From assembly GCF_009914755.1 (NCBI RefSeq), contig NC_060928.1: a DNA stretch of 64,000 bases, one strand, 5' to 3'. Made by a program: the position numbers and the translations under genes. This document shows, piece by piece, positions 54,795 through 64,000 of the stretch (positions within the stretch are counted from its first letter, which is position 1; each line of letters begins with the position of its first letter). The notes under the pieces were generated by a model, which was given only the letters and a program-made list of their open reading frames with translations, had not been told where the DNA came from and did not search any database. Source of the stretch: the human T2T-CHM13v2.0 reference genome, Homo sapiens.

Positions 54795-55035
54795 CTGGTT
54801 CTCCTTTTGCTTCTCCATTCTTTTCTTTCCCCATCTCTTCCCTCTTCCCTCCTCCTCTTCCTCTTCCTTCTCCTTTTCCTCTCCTCCTTCTCCTCCATCT
54901 TTTCCTCTTCCTCCTTTTCTTCCTATTCTTTCCATCAGTTTTTTCCATACTTATTACTGTATTTCTCTTCTTTCACTTTCAGTCTCTCTTTTGCTCTCCT
55001 CCTTATTCTTTTTTCTCCTTCTTACTCTCTTTCTG
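54795..55035. repeat. Pyrimidine-rich (CT/CCT) low-complexity tract
   Basis: Long C/T stretch; a purine-rich counterpart lies at about 45200-45345. Confidence 0.85.
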
Positions 55036-56599
55036 ACATACATTTTCATAAACCATCATTTAAAGAATGTTGTTTTGTTTTCTCATTTTATTTTATTTTT
55101 ACCTCATATGTTCTAAGATCCTAAAATAATACAAAACACACTCTAGGAAGCACTATATTATTAATGAAATTAATTTCCATTGAATATAGTACTGAAGCAG
55201 GCCTAAATTGTATTTCCTTTATGAGAGTATTACTGCTAATGTGCTGTTCCATAGGATTTTACAGCGATCTAAATTAATTACGCTGCCATCTGTGTAGTAT
55301 ACTCCAAAGAAAAAAATTAACACCATTATTTACAAATTGCATCCAGTTTAAGCATAGATGATATTTTGCCTATTTGGGTAAAATATTTTTCATCATGTGC
55401 AAAGAAACATGGGATGATCCAAAAAATAAAAAGACTGCATCTATAGAAAGAGATAGCTACCTTTTTAAATCATGTAATATGAAATAATACACAACTAAAT
55501 AAAATTACAATCAGGATAAAGAGATACATCGTTTAACTACACACAAAAAACTGTTTGAGTCAAATTTGTTTTTCTAAATATCAGAAGCCTTTTGAGTGTA
55601 CAGAGCTGACATTATTGAAAAGCAGTAGTACATTTCAATTGATGAAGATTAAGCATGATGAATGCTAGATTGTCTCAGATGAAATCACATGTGCTGGCAG
55701 AACATCTGTTACAGCCTCCCTTCTTGTTATTTTATTGCAAATTTACAACCTATTGCAATTAAAATAACATGATTAAAATTATAGACATTTTGAATAAAGG
55801 GTAATTTATAGACCTCTCTAAATAATCAAACCTATTTTCCAAATGACAGAAATTTTAAAAAGAAAAGATTTTTGAACCCCTATATATTGCTTTTCATTAC
55901 AAAGAAACACTGGCATTTAGTATTTACATTCAGGCATAGCTACTACAGAAAAAAAAAAAATTCACTCCCATAATCAGAAACCTGCAATACTCACTAGCTA
56001 CATTTATTAGAGCTATTTCACAGGGACCTAACATTGGTTTCTCTTGTTCATAATATCTATAAGGTCCATCTCAATGGTCAACATATAGTAGATAATTTAT
56101 TTAATATGGTTTTAGTGAATGCTTGACTTAATATGAGTGAAGTATTCATAAGGACATATGTTTTAGGTGTGCACAAATATGTTAGCTAAAATCACTTCAA
56201 ACAGAAATATGCTATGAAGAATCACATAATTTATACATAAAGGTGTGTGGAAATGGTAAGGGTAAAATTTAATTTTTATAAAAATAATCTCTCATATAAA
56301 TCCAGTTCCCTGTGATCATTGTCTGTAACAATTAAATGAAGTCTATAGTACTAAATCAACTCCAAAGACAAGTCTGTAAGAATCATCTGTAAACCATAGT
56401 TTGATTGTTTGCATGTCTTTAAAAGTTCTGATTCCACTATTTATTTACCTTAAATCAAACTTTTTTACAGACAATAATCACAGATTTAGGTACAAAGATA
56501 ATCAGGCTTTCCCTTGTAAACAAGGCCTAAAATCAGTTGTCAGTTGGTCAAACCCAAAGGTCATACCTATTTGATGCAAGAGGCTGGTTAGTAAGGGTG

Positions 56600-56810
56600 G
56601 GGAATCATGGACACAGATTGATTGAGTTTAAACTACAGTCATCAACCTCTTGACCTCAACTTGTTTGTGCCCCATTTTCTTCACCTGTAACATGGACATA
56701 AAATGATTCCTACTTATTAAGATTCTTATGTAGATTAAATGTGACAATGCAGGCAAAACATTAAGCACAATGACTAGTACTTAGCAAATACCCACAAAAT
56801 GATTGGCTAG
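56600..56810 (+). mobile_element. MIR SINE
   Basis: ccccattttcttcacctgtaacatggacataaaatgattcctac...gattaaatgtgacaatgcaggcaaaacattaagcacaatgactagtac. Confidence 0.75.
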
Positions 56811-57867
56811 CACTATGATTATGCTAGAAAAAAGATTGTGAAGGATAAAGAAGAATGCACAGGAAAGAGGAGACAATTAGAAAGCTCTAAATAACTGCTT
56901 ATTTTTGGATTCAAGTTTTAGCAAAGATGAACAGAACTGGCAGAGTAAGACAACTTTTGGAAATGAATAAATCAAGAGATACCATGTCACCAGCATAAGC
57001 TCGCACAGGCATCATCTGACAGATTAAAAAACTAAAAGGAAAAAAATAGATAAAAAGATAGCCTTACACATTCAATCGCTTACTTCTGAAATGAAATATA
57101 TCCTTAGCCTAAGGTAATATATCAGTGTTTCAGCAAAAGGCTGGTATAGGAAATAAGGACATATGAACAAGAAAATGCAACAGGAAATTATTTGTTGAAT
57201 TTCAGGAAGCTATATTAATTTTTCACTTTTCTTTGTGTCATAGTGACACAAACCTTGCAGCGGTGTAAAAAAATATTTACTACAAAAGATTTTGCAAAAA
57301 TAATCATTACCAAAATGAAAAAGGACTTCTCCCATAAATAAAATGTTTAATCCATTTTTAGTCTGCTTATTGTCCTCCTAGATCAGTTTTAATATAGTAT
57401 TCATAGATTCTTTAGCTATTATATTAACCATAAATGTCAATATAACAAACCACACAGACCATGTAAGAGTTAGAGCTATTGAATATCACAAGCTGTTCTA
57501 ATGCACCAAAATTAAATGAAAATTAAGGAATCTATTTTATATTGCTAAAAATTATTTGGCTCAGTAGTAATAAAATGCTTCACTAAAATATTTTGATTGA
57601 TCTCCTTAAATTAAGAATTTTCAAATATTCAATCAAAAATATTCTTTCCTCACTCTAGCACACTGGAAAGGACATTAGATTAAAAGCGGCACAGAATAAT
57701 TGAACTAAAAGGATTTTTTTAAGGAGGTGGAATGCATAGTGGCTACAAACAAGACTGCTTACCTCAAAATCTGGCTTTTCCACTTACCTGCTGTGTGCCC
57801 TATGGTTAGTTATTTAATCTGAGTGACAATTTCATCTTCTATAAAATGAGAAATAATAAAAATTATA

Positions 57868-60344
57868 TAGGCATATCTCAGAGATACTGCAGATTTGTTT
57901 CTAAACTGTTGCAAAAAGTAAATATTACAATAAAGCAAGTCATGCAAAGTTTTTGGTTTCCCAGTGCATACGAAAGTTATGTTTACATTGTACTGTAGCC
58001 TATTATGTGTGCAAAGGCATTGTGTTATTAAGGTATGTAAAGAAATACAGCATTAAGTTGTTAAGGTATGTAAAAAATACATATCTTAATTTAGAAATAG
58101 TTTATTGCTAAAAAATGCTGACAATCGTCTGAACCTTCAGCAAGTCATGATCCTTTTGCTGGTGAAAAGTCTTGCCCGGATGTTGATGGCTGCTGACCAG
58201 CATGGTGGTTGCTAAAAGTTGGTGTGGCTGTGGCAATTCCTTAAAAAAGAAGACAATGAAGTTTGCTGCGTCTATCGACTCTTCCTTTTACAAAAGATTT
58301 CTCTGTGGTATGTGATGCTGCTTGATAGCACTTTGCCAACAAGGGAACTTCTTTCAAAATTGGAGTTAGTCTTCTCATACCCTGCCACTGCTTTATCAAC
58401 TCAGTTTGTATAATATTCCAAATCTTTTGTTGTCATGTCAACAATTTTGAGAACATCTTCACTAGTGGATTCTGTCTCAAGAAACCACTTTCTTTGCTCA
58501 TCTGTAAGAAGTAATTCTTTGTCCATTCAAGTTTGATCATGAGATTGCAGCAATTCAGTCACATCTTTAGGTTGTATTTGTAATTCTAGTTTTCTTGCTC
58601 CGCAGTTACTTCCTCCCCTGAAGTCTTTGAAGTGTTGAACCCTTCAAAGTGATTTACGAGGGTTAGAATCAACTTCTTCCAAATTCCTATTGATGTTGAT
58701 ATTTTAACATCCTACCATGAATCACAAATGTTTTTAATGGCATCTAGAATAGTGGAGCTTTTCCAGAAGATTTTCAATTTACTTTGCCCAGATCCATGAG
58801 GAGAATCACTGTGTATGGCAGGTGTAGCCTTACAAAATGTATTCCTTAAATAATAAGACTTGAAAGCCAAGATTACACCTTGATCTATGGGCTGCAGAAT
58901 GAATGTCGTGCTAGCAGGTATAAAAACAGCATTAATCTCCTTATACTTCTCCCTCAGAGCTCTTGGGTGACCAGACACGTTGTCAATGAACAGTAATATT
59001 TTGAAAGAGATCTTTTTTTTTTTTTTCTGAGCAGTACATCTCAACAGGAGCTTAAAATAGTCAATAAACCATGCTATAAACATACGCATTATTATCAAGG
59101 CTTTGTTGTTCCATTTCTAGAGCACAGATAGAGTAGATTTAGCATATTCATTAAGGGCCTTAGATTTTTTGCATGGCAAATGAGCATTGGCTTCAACTGA
59201 GAGTCACCAGTAGCATTAGCCCCTCAGAAGAGAGTCAGCCCGTCCTTGGAAGCTTTGAAGCCAGGCATTGACTTCCCTTTAGCTATGAAAGTCCTACACG
59301 GCATCTTCTTCCAAAAGAAGAAGGCTGTTTCATCTACCTTGAAAATCATTTACTGTAGCCTCCTTCATTCAATGATCTTAGCTAGATCTTCTGGATAACT
59401 TGCTGCAGCATCTACATCAGCACTTGCTGCTTCACTTTGCACTTTTGTCTTATGAAGATGGCATTTACCTAAGTCTTATGAACCAACCTCTGCTAGCTTC
59501 AGACTTTTCTTCTGCAGCTTCCTCACCTTCCTCAGCCTTCATGAAATGGAAAAGAGTTAGGGCCTTGCTCTGAATTAAGCTTTGACTTAAGTGAGCATAG
59601 TGGCTGTATTGAGCTTTTCACCAGACCACTAAAACTTTCTCCATATCTGCAATGAGGCTGCTTCATTTTCTTATCATTCATGTGTTCCCAGAAGTAGCAC
59701 TTTAACTTTCTTTCTAGATTTTTTCTTTGCATTCAAAACTTGGCTAACTGTTTGGCACAAAAGACCTAACTTTTTACCCATCTCAGCTTTTGACATGTCT
59801 TCCTCAGTGAACTTAATCATTTCTAGTTTTTGATTTAATGTGAGAGACATGCAATTCTTCCTTTCTCTTGAACAGTTAGAGGCCATTGCAGGGTTATTAA
59901 CTGGACTAATTTCAACATTGTTGTGTCTCAGGAAATAGGAAGAACCAAGAAGAGAGAAAGAGATGTGGAATGGCCAGTGAGTGAAAGAGTCAGAACACAC
60001 ACATTTATTGATTATTTACCATCTTATATGGGCATGGTTAATGGCAACCCAAAACAAGTACAATAGTAACATCAAAAATCACTGATCACAGATTATCATA
60101 ACATATAATAATGAAAAAGTTTGAGTTCTTGTAAGAAACACAAAGTCTCTTTGTGACATTTTGGTCTATGGTTGTCATTTTTTCCAATAGCCTGTGTTAT
60201 TCCAATACCATATGCTATTGGAAAAAAAATGGCGCCCAGAGACTTGCTCAATGTAGCATTACCACAAACCTTCAATTTGTAAAAGAAAATGCAATACTTG
60301 CAAAGCCTCAATAAAATGAAGTGCAATAAAATGAGTTGTGCCTG
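57868..60344 (-). mobile_element. Full-length Tigger1 (pogo-like Tc1/mariner) with a decayed transposase, inserted into a MIR
   Basis: Termini (t)aggcatatctc... and ...gagttgtgcctg with flanking TA; minus-strand ORFs 59674-60000 ([15 protein letters not shown]) and 58712-59098 ([16 protein letters not shown]...LQPIDQGVI); MIR halves at about 57720-57867 and 60345-60450. Confidence 0.95.
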
Positions 60345-61223
60345 TATCTACCTCACAGATTTGGTATGGTGATTAAATTAATTAACAGACATACAGCATT
60401 TAGAATGCCACTTGGCATGTAATTCATACTCCTGAAGTATTTGCTACTGGTAATTCTGGAATTCTTCACTTAAAGATGATGGCAACAAACATTTGAAACC
60501 ATGTCAAAGTGTAAAAAAATATGATAGGACCTTTTTGGATGTCAGGACACTATTGCTCAGAGCTGTATGTTTCAATTTATTATCTAAAAATGTTTTTTCC
60601 TAATCTCAAAAATATTTCACTTGAAACAAAGATTTTGAGATGCTCAAAGAATCTTTCTTGAAATAAATATCAAGACAAGGCAACAGGAAATACTTTATTA
60701 AGAATGTCTTGAGTAAACCAATGTAAAACAAGAACTTTCAGATACTAAAATTAATTTCCCACTCATTTCTTTCTATCTATCTCTGTCGCCCTTCTGAAGC
60801 TGTTTTTCTTACATGATCAGGTACCTTGGCTATGGTCTAGGGAAACCACAGGTTTCCAACTTAATCCACATAATTCCTGCATACTTGACTTAGTTATGTG
60901 TCACTGAAGCAGAAGGTTAGAAATGATCTAATTAGCTACTTCATGAAGTGGTTAGATATACTATGAAGAGAAATTCTGAGAAAAAGAGTAGTGATGAAAG
61001 AATAAGTATATTAAAACAACCTCATCGACCACTGGCAACAAATGCAATTCGGGGAAGTAAGGTGGGAATAGAAAACTAGGTTGAGACTGACTCAGTTGTA
61101 TTGTTAGATTCATGATTTGGCAAAACAAAAGAAAAGCAAGATTAGAAGTGATAGAATATTAACAAAGTATACTCTTTTATCATATACATGCACATTTACA
61201 AATATATAAACACATAGACATCT

Positions 61224-62022
61224 TGTAAACTAAAAACAAATTCCTAAGCACCCCATTGCCGGAACTGATCCCCTCTTGGCCAAGGAGACCCCAAAGAAAC
61301 CTTAAAAACTGAATTCCTGGCTATGATGAGATGGGAGGTTGGACAGGTTTCATTATACCCCTGCCCTTTTGGGGATTATACACAACAACTGACCAGCATT
61401 AATGTTAAATAGAGATCATAAAACTGGCTGAACAGTCTCTTCGTGGCAATAAAATACCAAATTTTAAACAGCACCTAGGCCCATGCCACACAAGGGTTAA
61501 GTCATGCACCCCTATTCTTAAAGAATAAAATATGTTTTAACTGCCTGGAAAAGATCTTATGATTCATGTCTTATATCCTGTCTTTGAGTAAAGAATCTTA
61601 TCGTGAGATGTTCAAATCTGATCGTGAGTTCCTCAAATTGTTGACATACCGATTAATATGTAACCTACTGACATTGAAAAGGACACTAATTTGTTTCTAA
61701 ATCATAAAGTTTTGCTGATTTCTTTCTGAATCATGAAGTTTTACTTATTGTCTTGTGCATAAAACATTTGAGCCTGTAAGATGTTATCTGTAGCCAATGA
61801 TTGTAACCTCTGGATTTTACCCTCCAATGAAAAAGGACAACTCCAATATGAGGAGTCACCCTCCCTTCTTCTAAACTTTCTTACAAAAGCATTCCAACTT
61901 GGAACAAACTTTGGAACACACCCACCTTTGTTGGTGTGTCTTTCTTGATTGATCCTCAAATTTGGCTTTCAATAAAATTGTATAATTTTTTTTCTGCTTC
62001 AACAGTCTTAATTTTGGGCAAT
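61224..62022 (+). mobile_element. MER4-group ERV1 solo LTR (subfamily uncertain)
   Basis: Starts tgtaaactaaaaacaaattcctaagc; the first ~320 bp are homologous to the LTR at 43140; AATAAA near 61971. Confidence 0.75.
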
Positions 62023-62630
62023 GGTCTGAAAATTTGAATTACTGAAAGAAAATAACTGAGGAAAATGGTTTTGCACTCTGGGTTTTCCAACTACAAATGT
62101 GTCATTAACTTCTAGTAAAACAGCTCATACATAGGAAAAAACTGAATGCTTTAAAATGAGAGCATACAGAGAAAGAAAATGTGATATGAAATTATTTTCT
62201 AAAATAATTTGGTATGGTGACTAAATTAATTAACAGATATACAGCTTTTAGAATACCACTTGGCACATAATTCATACTCCTTTATATTATCTTTATATTA
62301 TTGTATAAATCAAGACATATTTGGTTTCATTTAAAACTGAAAGTAATCAATATGAATTACAACATGTCTATAGATTTAAAATATTTAAAATATTATTATA
62401 TAAAAATCCCTGATTTTGAGAACAATCCCAATGTAATATTTTTGTTTTCATGCTATGTTTGTCCACTTTACTGTGACAAAATATTGGAAAAAAGATTAAA
62501 CTTAACTCACAATATGAAAGAAAGATCAATTTACTTGTTAGATGTAGGAATTCAAATCTCAGGCCACAAATGCAGATGTCAAATTTATTTCCCTTTCTTT
62601 TGGTACTTATCCCCTCCAAGCTAAACCTAA

Positions 62631-63033
<403 letters not shown>

Positions 63034-64000
63034 CGTCTTCTTCCTTCTTATGTTTGCCTTTCTTTTGGAAAGTAGCTCTTCCAAGCAGAAGACTCTCTAG
63101 ATCTTTGGGAATAAAAAAATGTCTTCAGTTGATTTGATCTGGTCATATGAATCTTCATGAATTAAGAGACAATACAAAGAGTGGATGTATATCCAAAAAA
63201 AGGTCAACATTTTTTAAATCATTCAAAAAAATTTATTTGAATATTATGGTAAGTTATTATAGATCTTAAGCCATGAATGGACTGCACAGTTAATTCCGTG
63301 GTGGGGAGGTATGGGGGAAGAAAATATCAATACATAATTGCTTTTATACTGGGGAGAATATATACCCGCTTCAAGAAAATTCCCATAAATAATTTCTCAC
63401 ATTGCTTTTTAAAATTATTAGGTTAATTTTAGAATTCAAAACCCTTCAAATAGTGATAAGCTGAAGGAGAATAAGATGGTAACTATCTCAGTATATTTCA
63501 TAATCTTTGACAGTCCAGAAACCCTGGATGCCATTATATATTAAAAGGGGACCCAGCATTTCACTTACCTCCAAGTTTATTTTCCCTGGCAGGAAACAAA
63601 TTAATGTATAACCACATTGCAAACTTAGGTAATGTGCAAATGATCCAGTTCTGTTAACAGTAGACATGAAAAGAGAAGAGTATTTTGTGGGGAGTGTTGG
63701 TCTGGAGTTTATCCTGTCCCTGGACACTTTATTGGATGAGGGGTTATTATGTAATGAGAAGCTCATTATATTTTGAGGCACATAAATTGTTCTCAATATT
63801 GAGCTAAGACTCATTTCTCCATTATTTTCATAAGTTAGTTTAATTCTGTCATATAGAGTTCTGTAGAAAATTATTTTCAGGGTCTAACTACTGCTTGTCA
63901 ATGCCCCTTTTCGAGCGTCACACCCAGAAGCGCGTGCTGTGCTGCAAGGCCAGTTCAAATGTCATGTGGGAGGATGCTCAGGTGCTTATGCCCAACAGGA

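Noticed and set aside
54711-55124. 127-129 aa hydrophobic or low-complexity ORFs
   Set aside because: Translation of a CT-rich low-complexity tract.
63900-64000. Small CpG-containing patch at the window edge
   Set aside because: Truncated by the window end; no identifiable element.

Overview
AT-rich human (hominoid) genomic DNA containing the 3' part of MMRN1 (multimerin-1) on the + strand. Five coding exons are readable with GT-AG boundaries: 6421-6525, 11045-11218, a 1989-nt coiled-coil exon at 18061-20049, the EGF-like exon at 34858-35004, and the gC1q exon from 36251 to the stop at 36672. These are probably exons 4-8, and every junction is phase 1. Two candidate poly(A) regions follow, at about 37.1 and 37.86 kb. 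The rest is intronic or intergenic and rich in repeats: Alus, L1s, MIRs, a complete THE1C-type MaLR element in intron 5, several solo LTRs, a two-LTR HERV-H provirus (48043-53683, minus strand, 5-bp TSD), a full-length Tigger1 and a Tigger2a. Nearly all short ORFs in the track are repeat-derived or chance. I see no evidence of a wholly new biological system. The most worthwhile leads are: an Asp-Pro (C-G-D-P-E) site at the exon 4/5 junction that may explain multimerin processing; a candidate intronic poly(A) site right after exon 5; an L1 that appears to have inserted at the exon 5 branch point; several templated local duplications; asymmetric HERV-H LTRs; and an Asp883 allele. Repeat subfamily names and residue numbers come from remembered consensus sequences and a remembered 1228-aa protein length, not from searches.
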